From: Kondoa subrosea
Taxonomy: Eukaryota
Length of the DNA stretch: 64,000 nt
Reading direction: 5' to 3'
Assembly: GCA_039545335.1 (NCBI GenBank)
Contig: BCIN01000001.1
Location: 496,001 to 560,000 of the forward strand
The position numbers were made by a program, and so were the translations under genes. Below are positions 27,150 through 39,806 of the stretch, piece by piece; positions within the stretch are counted from its first letter, which is position 1, and the number at the start of each line of letters is the position of its first letter. The notes under the pieces were generated by a model. The model did not search any database. It had not been told where the DNA came from and saw only the letters and a program-made list of their open reading frames with translations.

Positions 27150-28480
27150 ATGAGAAGAACTGCAACTTCTGGACAACGCATGCCTACTCAAGAAGAAAGG
27201 CTAGCAAGAGAGCAGGCAGCTATTCGCAGACAGCAAATATCGGAGCTGGAAGCCAATCCGTGGCTTTCTGAGCTCATCTTAGTCTATTCCGATGCGATAT
27301 GGAAGTTCAACAGAGCTGCTGAAAATATCAAGTCGACGCCCGAACAGCGACAATTGGCCAGAGCGACTTGCGACTTCCTAAGATCAAAGCATCAAGACTA
27401 TGAGAAGAATCTTGCTCCTAGACTTGCTAAGCGTCCAATGCTTTCGACTGATCCCAGAAAGGCTATGCAAGAAAGCTTCAAGAAGCAGATGTCTGCCGAT
27501 ATCGACCTGTTCCAGAAGCTGTACCTGGAAAAGCAGGTATACTTCCACTGTCTTGAACTTTACACAACGCTGATATCAATATAACTATACTCTATAGGCC
27601 GGGAGAAATTGATAAAGGCATATGATCAAACGGAGTGAAAGATCGAAAGATATTTGTATTTGCGCGCAGCTGAATTGAATATCGCTGTCGATCACGAGAC
27701 AGATCTTCTTGATACCATTTGTCTATTCTGTGCTTAAATAACGAGACTGCCAGTGGAAGGCGGAAGCGGGTTTCGATTGAGTGCATGTGATAAGTTGCTC
27801 CAGCACGGCGACAACAGCGCGCTTCATACTCAGCTATAACAATGAAAGCAATAGCGAATCCCGAGTACAACGCGATTCCTTACCCTACTGTTAAAGGATT
27901 CCAATCATTCGACCAATTTTAGTGAGCTTCAGAGTTACATCATGATCGCGGAGCTGAGGCAGCCTGCAGCCCATACTACCTTGGAGAACATCGACAGGCG
28001 CTGACTGTAAGCTTCAATCATGCACTGTTCTCACTTAACTGAGATATGGCTATAGCGGAGATTGCATGTAAGCAGCTATCAAATGAGCCTTCGTTCATAA
28101 GCTGAACTTTGTTCTTTGCTCCTTATTCAGCTCTTCGGTACCACTATCTAGTGAGTCTCGTAATTCTTCCGTGAAGGAGCTTGAGGACTGATTCGCAGTC
28201 ATTTAGTCTCGCTGTAGTTCTTCGCGCTCTTCTAGCTAGTATCGCCCTGCTTTCAACAAGCAACAAAGGCCTGCTTCGATTCCGGTATGGTCTAGAAGGA
28301 TGGAGATCAATAGCGAAATTGTTAGGCAAGGGGATGCTTCAAGCGTATTTCTTTGCATGGTCAGTCTCTCTTTCGCAGAGCAAGGGAATGAAACTGATAG
28401 AGGGATATAGGGTCGGGCATTTCTTTGTTGAGAAGAATAGGGTAAATAGAAAGGCTGTATATGAGGAGAAACGCAGTTGA
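27150..28480 (+). pseudogene. Decayed multi-exon hypothetical gene
   Basis: Canonical introns, but exon 2 is out of frame at 27598 and its protein-like frame has TGA (27636) and TAA (27735). Confidence 0.5.
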
Positions 28481-28918
28481 TGACTGATTTGAAAAATAGC
28501 CTGCGACTTTCAAGCATCCTTTCTGGAGCCTATGGGGAGATCTGACTATGTGGTCTGAAGTAGTCAGAGGCAGAAGAAGGATCTAAAGGAGAGAAAGAGA
28601 TGGAGAGCCTGAGGATTCGCACGACTTTGGTATGCCAGTATGATCGCATTGTACGAGCTTCGAGTGTATTGTAACGACAATGAAATGTTTGAACGAAACC
28701 TTCATCTTCAACTCTCTCTGGCTAGAGATTATAAGGGATTAAGGGAAGTCATCCAGCAAGGCAGATGCAGAGAATCAACGCGGAAGCGTGATGAAACAGC
28801 AGAGAAGTAGTCAAATACGAAGTTGCAGAACAACACGATGCTATCAGAGCAATACAGGTCGCCGTCGCTTGCCAACACCCGCTCGCATGAAATTCCAAAT
28901 TTTTGTCCAAGAACAATC

Positions 28919-30859
28919 ATGGCCTCTTTCAAGCTACCTCGTTTGCAGCCAGACTCAGCAGATGCTCTCTTTGGTCCTTCGAGCTCCAACGTGCCTCAAA
29001 ACTTTGCAGACATTCCTTTTCAACCTTTCAGCAAATCTGAACGCTTAGGACAAATAGTTGATTGGTCCTCTTCTCTGTCTTACGCTGCTGAAGGAGGTGT
29101 ATCTCGTGCTTCTGCTTTCAAGAGACGTAACAATGCAGACAGCTTAGGTCTTGATGGCTACGGAGACGAGGAAGCTTCCTTCTCTTTAGTTGACGGTGGA
29201 AAAGCTTCGACTAGAGGCAGACAAGCTGGTGGTCAAGCTGGTCAAGGAGGTGCTTCTTTGGGCAACCTCAATCGCAATCAAGCATATGGACGGGGAGGCC
29301 GTGGAAACGCTGCTGGAGGAACTCGAACTGGTCCAACTGGCAGACAAGGTCATATGAATGGCACAGCTCAACAACGTAATGGCTATGGAGCCCAAAGAGG
29401 CCCTCAAACTGGTGGAAGAGGTGGTAGAGGTTATGGAGCGAGAGGAGGATGGGGAGGAAGAGGTGATTGGAATCGAGATCAAAGGACGCGAGAATCTAGT
29501 GTGCAAGTCGGCGACAAGTGGCTGCTATTGGAAGAGATCGAGTTCACCCGTCTTACCAAACTTCGCCTGGACGTCGAGACTGAAGACATTGAAACAATGT
29601 GAGTTCATGTATTTCCTCGTTTGTCGCTTGTTGCTTATATCCTTTCAGCTCTCAACACGGATTCCTGTATGAGTATGATCGAACATACGACCGGATCAAC
29701 ACAAAGAACGAGAAAGCACTTCAGCATATGGAACGTCTTCACTACAACCCAACATCCTCCGATGACCCTATCCTCCAAGACCTAGCAGCAAAAGATCGCG
29801 CTAAAGTCTTTGCGACTGACTCAGTCCTTGCCATGCTTATGTGTGCACCTCGATCTGTCTATCCTTGGGATATCGTTCTCATTCGAGAAGGCGACAAGCT
29901 GTTCATGGACAAGCGAGAACAAGGTCCATTAGACTACCTCTCAGTGAACGAAAACGCTTCCGATCCACCTCTTGAGAACCCAATGACCGATCCTTCAAAC
30001 CCTTCAGCCTATATCAACACACCTTCCGCTCTTTCTCAACAAGCTACTTTCCTAAACGAAAACTTCGCTTGGCAAGTTGTCAAAGAATCTCAAGACTCGA
30101 GAACCGATTTCGAAAAACCAAACCCTTTCTACGATCCGGAAGAATCAGAACCATTAGCTTCTTGCGGTTATCGATACAGGAAATTTGATCTTTCCGTTAC
30201 TGAAGATGAGGAAGTGGAAATTATTGTTCGAACTGAAGTAGATGCTCTGTTGAGAGGTACTTTGAGTGGATCAGCTACTGCTGCACAACCTGCTGCAGGA
30301 ACGGATGATGAACAAACTTATATCCTACTCAAGACTTTGTTCGAATTCGATAGTCGAGCTCAAGGATCTGGTGGAGCTCCTGATTGGCGAACGAAATTGG
30401 ATTCTCAACGTGGTGCAGTTGTGGCGACGGAAATGAAGAACAATTCTTTGAAGTTGGCTAGATGGGCTTCCATGGGTGTTCTAGCTGGTGCGGGCGGAAT
30501 GAAGATTGGTTATGTTTCAAGAGCGAACCCAAGAGATGAGAACAGACATGTGATCTTGGGCACGCAATGGTTCAAACCAAGGGATTTGGCTGCTCAGATG
30601 AACGTCAACTTGGCAAATGGTTGGGGTATTGTTCGAACAATTGTGGACTTGTGCATGAAGCAAAAGGATGGCAAATATGTTTTGCTCAAAGATCCAAACA
30701 AGGTAAGGCTTCTTTCTCATATTTGTTCGTCGGGCTCAACTGGGATTGACTTAGCCTGTCATTCGTTTGTACGGTGTACCAAATTCGACTTTCGAAGAGG
30801 GCGAAGAGAGCGAATCAGATGCGGCTGCAGACGATGTAGATGCTGGTTCGGATTACTAG
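28919..30859 (+). CDS. EIF3D: Translation initiation factor eIF3 subunit D
   Basis: DIPFQPFSKS.RLG, WLLLEEIEF.RL.KL, LAMLMCAPRSVYPWDIV, DWRTKLDSQRGAVVATEMKNNS, GKYVLLKDPNK. Confidence 0.97.
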
Positions 30860-30914
30860 ATGCATTACATGACAATGGCTGCAACATGCATATATACATA
30901 AAGCCACAATTACT

Positions 30915-31772
30915 TCAGTCCCAGCTCTGATTTCCTGCTCTATGATGTCTCCTTGTATTACTCCTATGATATCGATGATTCGCTACGACTGAAGTTAGAC
31001 GTGGAAAGAAGAAGATATCGACCTGACTTACATTTCTTGCTCAGATTTGGTTGAGACGAAGATTCTTGATCGCGCTTCGCTTTTGGCGGAAGACCTGTCG
31101 GAATGTGAGGGACGAAAGTAGGCGTTGTACGTTCTACCATATGAGCATGAGCAAATACGAAAAGCGCTGTGATCAGAAACTGACCGAATGTATCTTCTAC
31201 CGTAGATACTGAATCTGGCGCTTGGTTTGTATTGATGAAAGAAGTGATAGGAGCTTGTATACTAGATGAGCCGCTAGATGTAGGCATTGAAATTGGCTCC
31301 AGGAATAAGCCCTTCGATATATTGATAGCTAGCTGTGATGCTATTGAGGCGATATCGATAGCCACACTGTTATCTGTATCGACGGCCAACGTTAGCCTCT
31401 TAGGATCACGTTTCACTGGTTGAGGGTAATTGTGATTGAAGATTTGTCGAGCCTTGATTCGTCTTTTGCCATTCATTGTCACCTCTGGCTCTTCTTTCGA
31501 TAGCCCTATTGCAGCCAAAGCCCTGTCGCCTATTATATTGCCCAACATATCTGCTTCTAAAGTCAGATCCAGTAATTCTGGTGTGTAGCTTGCGACGAAC
31601 TTCGTAATGAATGTTTCCTACTCGGTGCAGAACTTGATGGAACAGCTTGAGAAGATACAGATACAGTTGCGCAATTGTTATTGATGCGATCCATGAAGTT
31701 AAGCTCTTCATTGCAAGAAGCAGAGACAGATACCAAGCTGAAAGCGAAACATAGCAGAATAATCGAACGCAT
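30915..31772 (-). CDS. Secreted hypothetical protein
   Basis: Signal peptide MRSIILLCFAFSLVSVSA; two introns join it to ORF 30964-31548 and a short last exon. Confidence 0.55.
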
Positions 31773-32227
31773 GTTAATAGCACTGAAGGAGAAGTAGAGA
31801 GAGCAAAAAGACACGAGAAAGAGACCGAGATCTGCGCGCTGAATCAGGGCTACAGCCATTCAACAGGTACAACATTGCCCGGAAAAGGCAAAAATCTTTG
31901 AAACCGCTCCTGTCCTTTAGTTGCGACTGCTCCTGTCCGCTTGCTAGGAGTCTCAAGCTAGACTGCACAGCATTCTATGACATGCATTGGGACATGATTG
32001 TTCTTCGACGAGTCAAAGTTTGCAGCAAGGGTTGCAGTCAGACCAATATCCCTTTGAATTCGCCTCCGTTATCTTCCGTCTTGCTCTAGAAACCTGTAGA
32101 CTGGCAGTTCCGTCTGACTTTGGCTCATTGCCCTTCTCAAACGCGTTGTCATTCTGTTTTGATTACTTTCTTCTCGCCTGGCATTTCTTTTCGTAAGAGC
32201 TGTAGCGGACACAGGCCAATTGGCGCT

Positions 32228-32982
32228 ATGAAGAATTATGCGATCTGCGCCTATCCTGCGTCGACGCGATGTGCGGGCTGAAGAGCGGTCGCGTACTGTT
32301 CTGAGGGTGTGCCAATTCCGAACAGGACATAATGATCACTGCAGCTAATCTGCTCCTTAGCTCATCAGACGCACGCATGGCCCAAGCACAAGACGATATG
32401 CAAAATCTATCGAAAGTATAAAGCCAAAGGAGAGCTACCGGACCTGAACACCTTTTGTGGACTCTGCGGAAAGACGGAGAAGCTTACTAAAACAAAATGC
32501 TGCAACAGGACGATCTGTGATGATGGGGAAACGGTAAGATTCTGATTTCTTTGTATTTAAGATCACGTCGCTAATGCAGATGTCAAAGGTGGACACGAAA
32601 TATCAGAGCTGTGCGAAGATGCATCGACAATTCACTATATGTGGCTGGCACGGCGAGCATAAGAATAATGAGGGAGATTGGAAAGATTGTCAAGAATGTA
32701 GAGGTCCACCAGAAAACGCCGAGGTTTATACTGGGTATATTTGAATATCTCTTTACGTGGTATCATAGCTTATAGGCGTACCTTAGCTACGCCACTGGTT
32801 CCTTCAATTTCATTGGTGATACTCATCCGGATCCACCTACCTTTCTGCCGACAAGATGCACAAAATGCAGGCGTATGCTTCGATTGAACTGCGAGGCCTA
32901 CATGTTCGAAAGGGACGGCTTCAGCTGTATGGATTGTATGCCGAAAGAATCGATGCAGGTCTTCCATGCGCGGATGAAGTAG
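32228..32982 (+). pseudogene. MYND finger fused to a Cys/His-rich putative zinc-binding domain; in-frame TGA at 32279-32281
   Basis: Four exons: MKNYAICAYPASTRCAG*RAVAYCSEAHQTHAWPKHKTIC...CGLCGKTEKLTKTKCCNRTICDD...SCAKMHRQFTICGWH...WKDCQEC...PTRCTKC...CMDC; not in ORF track. Confidence 0.8.
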
Positions 32983-34210
32983 ATTGGCAACTAGAGAAAC
33001 CTTTTTCATCGGCCTGCCAATGATGCTGAACTAGAGCACCAAAGCTCACTAGATCTTCTTATCTCACTCTTCGTTTATCTCCTCTCTCGATTAACGCAAG
33101 CCTTTACCGTTCCTTTGTCAATTTTTACCTCCGGTGGCTTCCTTTCCTGGATTGGTTAGCTGTTCTTCTTCTCTCCTCTTTCCCTCCCAATACAAATCTT
33201 ACTTACATCTGTAATCTAAATCAAAGATATTCCAGCAATATGACAGTATGTCCTTTCTACGGGCCTTTGAGACATTCGCTGAAATGCCTCCCTAGCCTAA
33301 TTCGCAAGTCAACATAATCCATCATCCAATACCAAAGGTACGTGAAATTTGCCGCCAGGCCAAGACGCAGATGCTTATCTTCATTAGCGAGTAACGCCTA
33401 TCAATTCCGAACAAGTTTTACATAACATTGGTCATGCTCCAGAGCAAAAACAGCAAGATTTACATCACCACGAGCTCCTGTCGTCAGCGCTAGCTTCTGA
33501 AGGCAAGGTAAGTCTGACCTTTTGAGCAATTTGTCATATATCCGATTTGTAACCTTGATCTAGCCCGTTCACCGTAAAGCTGATTTTTACGACTTTCGCA
33601 AGATCCACCAATGTACTTCTTGCAAGACTCCATGGATTGCAGGTAATACCGACTGGCAGAAGCATTTGACCTATGCTTCGACGGATGGAACCCATCATTA
33701 CCTGACAATATCGAACACAGAAGGGCTTTGCTCAGTCAATGGTAACAAGGCGCATGTTATACAGGTTATGCAGCTTTGATTGCTTCTGAGTCCGAATGAA
33801 TCATTTTCTCTGATATATCTCAAGTTTTTTTTCCTGGCACGAGCATACATTCTCGGTAAGTTGGAGATCTTCGCAGTTCTAGATGAGAACGCTGATCCTC
33901 GCTTCTCCGGTAGCTTGCCATATCGCTTGTCGTACTAATGCTTCCATACCGATCATCTGCCTGTTCCTTGAGCAGTGCCATTTTCAATGTTCTGGCGCTA
34001 TGAAGAGCATTGTTCATGGCTAGCGTATCGCTGATCTTCGTCAGACCTCAATCATCTACCAGGTCAATTGACTTTGCATTCCCTTTGATCGTGCAAAATC
34101 CAAGAAGAAGACATCTGTTATTCAAGGATGGCTTCTTACGATCAAGACAATAGTCTTTAAGCTTACTCTCTTCGGTGGTACTGAGTTTCATCCTCAGCGG
34201 CCCTGTCAAG

Positions 34211-35581
34211 ATGGCTTATCAAATCGGAGCTGTCGTAGTATCTACAACAGCCTATCTAGTGGGAGCTCTATTTGTTGAAGATATCACTACTCGCTTTTCG
34301 GTACTTGCATCCGCTTCTGTTGTATTTGGACAGCTAGTCTATACCAGCGCTTTGGCAAAAGATGTTTCAATGCTTGGGGGTTGGTCGCTGTACTTTATCA
34401 CTACGACAGTACGTGTCATCCGATCGTGCTCAAACACGGCTGACAGTCAAAGCAGATACAAATGCTATATGTTGGGAGTGAGATGCTGCTATTACGTAGT
34501 ATTCAGAGTACGGGATGGCGAGATGCAGTCCGATCGTATGTTCTTGTCTTTGTCTTGTGTAACTCTGTCTGATATCCAACATCGATAGGGTTACCGATCA
34601 GCGCTCCATTGGAAGGCAATATGAGGTCAAAGATCTTAAGCGTTACAATACAACTCCAAGCAGATCTCGTGCCCTCATCAAATACGCCCTGCAATTTTTT
34701 ATGATCTATCTGGTTATAGAAGTCATTGAACTACAAACCTCAAAAAGCGATAGAGGAGAACTTCTGAAAACTTTCGCAGACGAAAAGATACCTCTATTCG
34801 GCAGCTCCGGTTGGCGAGAGATTGCTTTTCGTTCCTTCTTCTCTTTAGGTGGGCTGCATTTGAGATATGAAAGTTCAGTATCACTGACAGAATATGCATA
34901 TTCAGCAATGTGGACGATCGGATGTCTTGTGATTCACCTCTTCTACAATTTCCAGCGATTCGTGGGTACTTTGGTAGGCTATTTCCACCCCGAGAACGAT
35001 CGCAAGCTTTTCAAGTCTCCTCTGCAAGCCTATTCGATTCGAAGTGAGTCACCTCGATAGCAATATTGAATCTCGTCGAATTTATAGTAAAGAATTCTGG
35101 GGCGTCTTCTGGCATCAAATGACTCGTAATGCTTTCACTTCTCATGCCGAGTTCGTCACACATGACCTTCTTCGCCTGCCTCGCAAAAGACTTGTGTCCC
35201 GATACCTCAATCTGTTCTTGATCTTCGCTCAAAGTGGTCTCTTGCACTATCTTATATCTCTAGCAGCTGGATTCTTAAACAAGGATGCACACGGCGCTAA
35301 CATCTTCTTCTGTTCCCAAGCTCTGGCGATTACATTAGAAGATTTCGTCGAATACCTGTATAGTACGCTTTTTGGCAATCAGCTCAGACCTTGGCACAAG
35401 GCAGTGGGTTATCTATGGGTTGCTGTCTGTCTCACTTGCACAACCCCTGTTTAGTAAGTCTAGCGCTTCATTTTAGGAACGGGTCTAATACTTCCTCTCT
35501 AGCGGCTATCCTATCGCTCGCGTAGAACCTGGCTCGCTAAATTACGCCGTTGTCCCTATTTTAGGCCGTTTCTTTCAATAG
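34211..35581 (+). CDS. MBOAT_2 family O-acyltransferase (wax synthase/TRI7-like), copy 1
   Basis: F.SP..AYSIR.FWGVFWHQ..R, F..SGLLH, FF..QA..I..ED, VGYLWV. Confidence 0.85.
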
Positions 35582-36118
35582 GTCGAAGACGCCGCAAGCA
35601 TTCTGCGGCCGCCAAGCCTCTGCTGTGGTGACCAACCTAAGAACGGTAATGAAGTAGTGTGACTTGAGCGCTGTATGCATGTGAATCGATATTTGTACAT
35701 TATTGCATGACCGCCTTCGCTTGCTGGAATCGATGAATACTTCTTGACTTAAGACGAAGACTTTCAAAATTACATGTTTTCGCCTTTAGACCGCAGCTTT
35801 CAATAATTGGTCCAGCAATCTAGTCTGAAGACTTATCTGCTTCTGAGCCGCTAAACACATCATGATTGGGCAACACTTTGTCTTGTATCGTTCGCTGCTG
35901 AAGCTGGTTCTCCTTCCTGTTGTACTTTACTGTGGATACTTCTATGTCTCGTGACACGCTAGAGCATTTGCCAGAGCCGCAGTATCGATCTCGTGAAACG
36001 TTGTTTCTGTTTCGAAGACTATCGATGGTTCAGACACAGTCAGCCGCGCTAGTCCTGGCCGCCTTTGAGCAGCTTCTACTCATGCTCCCTTACAACCATC
36101 AACGCTTGAGCGTCAACC

Positions 36119-37533
36119 ATGTCTTATCAAATTGGAGCATTGGTACTCTCACAAGCGACCTTCGTGGCCGGATCTCTATATTTCGAGGATATCACTACTC
36201 GCTTGGCAATACTCGTTTTGTCGACCACTGTATTAGCGCAACTCATTTATACAGGTGCTCTCAGCCAAGAGGTCTCTGTTTTTGCGGGTTGGTCAACCTT
36301 CTTTATCGGCGAAGCTGTAAGGCCCTGTCTGCAGCCAATAACTAAGCTCAGTTCCAAACCAGATGCAGACTTTATACATGGGCAACGAGAAGCTCGTCCT
36401 GCGCGGCATTCGTTGTACAGGTTGGCGAGATGCTCTGCAGGCGTCAGTCCTGACCTGCACTCCGTACATGGGTTGCTCATCATCAAAGTCCGATAGTATC
36501 AGGAACAATCGCTCTGTCGGAGAGTCGTACGAAGTCAAAGATCTGGACCGAAGCAAGGGCGCAAACTACAGCAAAATTCGAGCTCTGTTCCAATATGCCA
36601 TCCAAATCTTTCTGCTTTACCTTGTTATAGAGTTCATCGAAATCCAAAGCGCAAAGGGCGACAGACAGGAAATGCTTTCAATGGTCGCTGACGAGAAGAT
36701 TTCCTTATTGGCAAACTTCAACTTACAGGATCTCGGTTTCAGATTTGGGTTGACAATTGGTGTGCTGCCATTCTACTTTGAATGTTTCTCAGGGCTCAGG
36801 CTTCGTAGGCATGTGGCTTGTGGCCGCTGTCGTCCTGCATTTCTGGCACAGTGCAGTGCGCTTTGTCGGCATCGTCTTCGGCTTCTTCGATCCAGCAAAC
36901 GATCGTCGACTCTTCAAGTCTCCCTTAGAAGCATATTCAGTCCGCAGTGAGCTCTTTTGCCTCACGATCCAGGCTTTGCTGACCATGTGAAAAAGAATTC
37001 TGGTCGTAAGTGTGTTCGAGTGTAATCTCTGGCAACATTGTTCACCACGCAAGCAGAGTATTCTGGCATCAGATGCTTCGAAACGTCTTCACTCTACATG
37101 CAGAATTCGTCACCCACACGATTCTGCGGTTGCGGCGGAAAACTCTTCTTGCGCGCTACGTTAACTTGTTCCTTATCTTCGCTCAAAGCGGTCTCTTCCA
37201 CTATTTTATGTCCTTGGGTGTCGGTCTATCTCATCAAGATGCATCCGGAGCAAACATATTTTTCTGTTTGCAAGCTTTTGGAATAATGTTTGAAGATGCG
37301 GTAGAAGGACTTTACCGCAAGCTCTTTGGACAAAAGCTCCAGAGGTGGCATAAAATAGTCGGCTATGTGTGGGTTATCTGCTTCTTTGTTTGGAGCTCCC
37401 CTTTTTAGTGAGTTAATGACACGGCACCTGGATAAGCTGATTGTTATTATTCAGTGGCTATCCTATGGCTCGCGCCGAACCTGGAAGGCTCAATTACGCC
37501 AATTTCCCTGTTTTAGGGCGGTTCTTGCAGTGA
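36119..37533 (+). CDS. MBOAT_2 family O-acyltransferase, copy 2
   Basis: AYSVR.FWSVFWHQMLR, SGLFH, FFCLQAFGIMFED, VGYVWV; colinear with copies 1 and 3. Confidence 0.85.
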
Positions 37534-37939
37534 AACCAAAGCTTGCAGCTGCCCTTTCTCCAAGACTGTAAGAGCTGAGACTTGTGGAAAGCAATGCGTA
37601 TTTTAGCACCCCCATGTCCCGCGAGGGAGAGCGGCTGCAAAATCAGAACATCAGTAATAAAATAGTCACAAAACGGTATCAAAATGGAAACAAGATCTCA
37701 GGTGCCTCCTTTCTTGGAAGTCTCCACCGCATTCGATCCTACCCTGCTGCTGTATTGTGCTTGGTTAGCGCTCCTATTTCCTTGCTGCTAGCCTGTGTCG
37801 AACTCCGTTTCCCCTTCGGGAAGGGCGCTTCTATCTTGGTTACTCAGAGTTCTTTTGAAGATTAGTCAGACACGCTATTGTTGTGTTAATATGCTCTTTG
37901 GCTGTTGCTTTCCATCAGCCGTTTGCTTGACGAGTTAAC

Positions 37940-39361
37940 ATGTTCTATCAAATCGGAGCAACAACTCTGTCAATGGCGACCTTTGTCGTTGCTTCATTAT
38001 ACGTCAAAGATTTTACTATTCGACTTTCGATGCTGGTCTCTGCGACTACTGTTGTAGCCCAACTCATCTACTCGGGTGCTCTAGCTCGTGATGTGAAAGT
38101 CTTTCATGGATGGTCTACCTACGTTGGTGGGATGGCAGTAAGATAAATACATATACTCTCTATCTATGCTTACGCTATGCTAGATTCAAGCGTTGTACGT
38201 GGGTAGTGAGCTGTTATTGATCCGGGGCATCAGCTCCACAAATTGGCGAGATGCTGTCCGTTCGTCAGTCACGAGCTTCACTAGCCAGATATGAGGACTC
38301 ATCCTGAGTAATCTACAGCGTTACGGATAGTCGCTCTATTGGAAGATCATATGAAGTCAAAGATTTGGAACCAAGCAACAGCGCAACTCCTAGCAAGTTT
38401 CGAGCACTTCTGAGATACTCAATTCAATGGTTTGGACTTTACCTTGTACTGGAATTTATCGAAATACAGAACGCAAAAGGAGATAGACAGGAACTTCTTT
38501 TGATGACTGCTGATGAGAAAATCCCCTTGTGGGCCAATTCCAACGTACAAGATCTTACTTTTCGGTTGGCACTGACTATTGGTATGTTCGATTGCACGAG
38601 CGATGATGCAAAGCTAACCCTTTCAGGCACGTGGATTGTCTTCTACATCGTACTTCACATGATGCACAATCTGTTGCGCTTTGTGGGTGTTGTTTTTGGT
38701 TTCTTCGATCCGGCCAGCGATCGAAGATTCTTCAAATCTCCTCTAGAGGCTTATTCAGTGCGTAGTGAGTCTTTGTAGCTACTAGTCCAGACTTCGCTGA
38801 CTGCAAACATCGTCAGGATTTTGGTCGCAAGTTATTGCATTCCATTTGTCAGAATTTACCTAACACGTTGATGAAAAGGGTCTTTTGGCATCAATTGCTT
38901 CGCAATGTCTTCACTATCCATTCCGAACTCCTTACACATACAGTGCTTCGTCTTCCTCGCAGGACCTTTGTGGCACGCTACCTTAATCTAGCTCTTACCT
39001 TCCTTCAAAGTGGTCTTCTTCACTACTTCATCCTTCTAGTGGATGGTCTGTCCAATAAAGATGCGTCTAGTGCCATCACCTTTTTTTGTTTGCAAGCGGC
39101 GGGAATTATGTTCGAAGACTTTGTGGAAGCTCTTTACAGAAAGCTCTCCGAAGACAAGTTGAGAAGGTGGCATAAGGTTGTTGGCTATGTATGGGTTATG
39201 TGCTTTTTCGTTTGGAGTACACCTTTCTGGTAAGTTTGAACGCGACATGTCTGCTGCGAAGCAACGCTGATTAGTCTGCTAGGGGATATCCCATGTCTCG
39301 CGTTGAGCCTGGCACGCTCAATTACACCATAGTTCCTGTCCTTGGCCGGTTCTTGCAATAG
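37940..39361 (+). CDS. MBOAT_2 family O-acyltransferase, copy 3
   Basis: AYSVR.FWSVFWHQLLR, SGLLH, FFCLQAAGIMFED, VGYVWV; one GC-AG intron. Confidence 0.85.
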
Positions 39362-39806
39362 ATGACACAGATATGCCTATGTCTGGTTCACTTGCATGAT
39401 AAAGACTGCGAAGATTGGGAGATGAGTTAGCATGCCTGTCTTAGACTAGCACTTTGTACATTATCTACTCTCTTGTTCTCCCAATTTAGCCATACCAAGC
39501 ATCTTCCGCCCCAAAGGCTCAAAGAAACAATCGCGAAAAATGGGATTTTCCTCTTGACTCGTGACATCCGCCTCTGTTCAGCAATCAGCAGCATTTGATC
39601 CAACTACAAGCAAGACATTCTCTAGACAGTTTCACCGCACTCAGCAGCTTACTCGAAGTAGTCTTCTTCGCCCTTGGAGCTCTCGATTTGAAACATTCCC
39701 TTGCTCATGTCAATCTGCTGAAGTCGCTATACCTCGCGAAGGTCTAGATATACCCTGCGTTGGCTACGCCCACTCTCAATTGTGCCTCAAGCGTCAACAC
39801 AAGTGA

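Noticed and set aside
32279..32281. Genome-wide TGA reassignment or selenoprotein
   Set aside because: TGA ends several genes here (BAR, SurE, CA, BSD); another MYND Cys in the same exon is also mutated; no SECIS identifiable by eye
33300..34100. Possible minus-strand gene remnant with intron-like signals
   Set aside because: All frames interrupted and no recognisable motif
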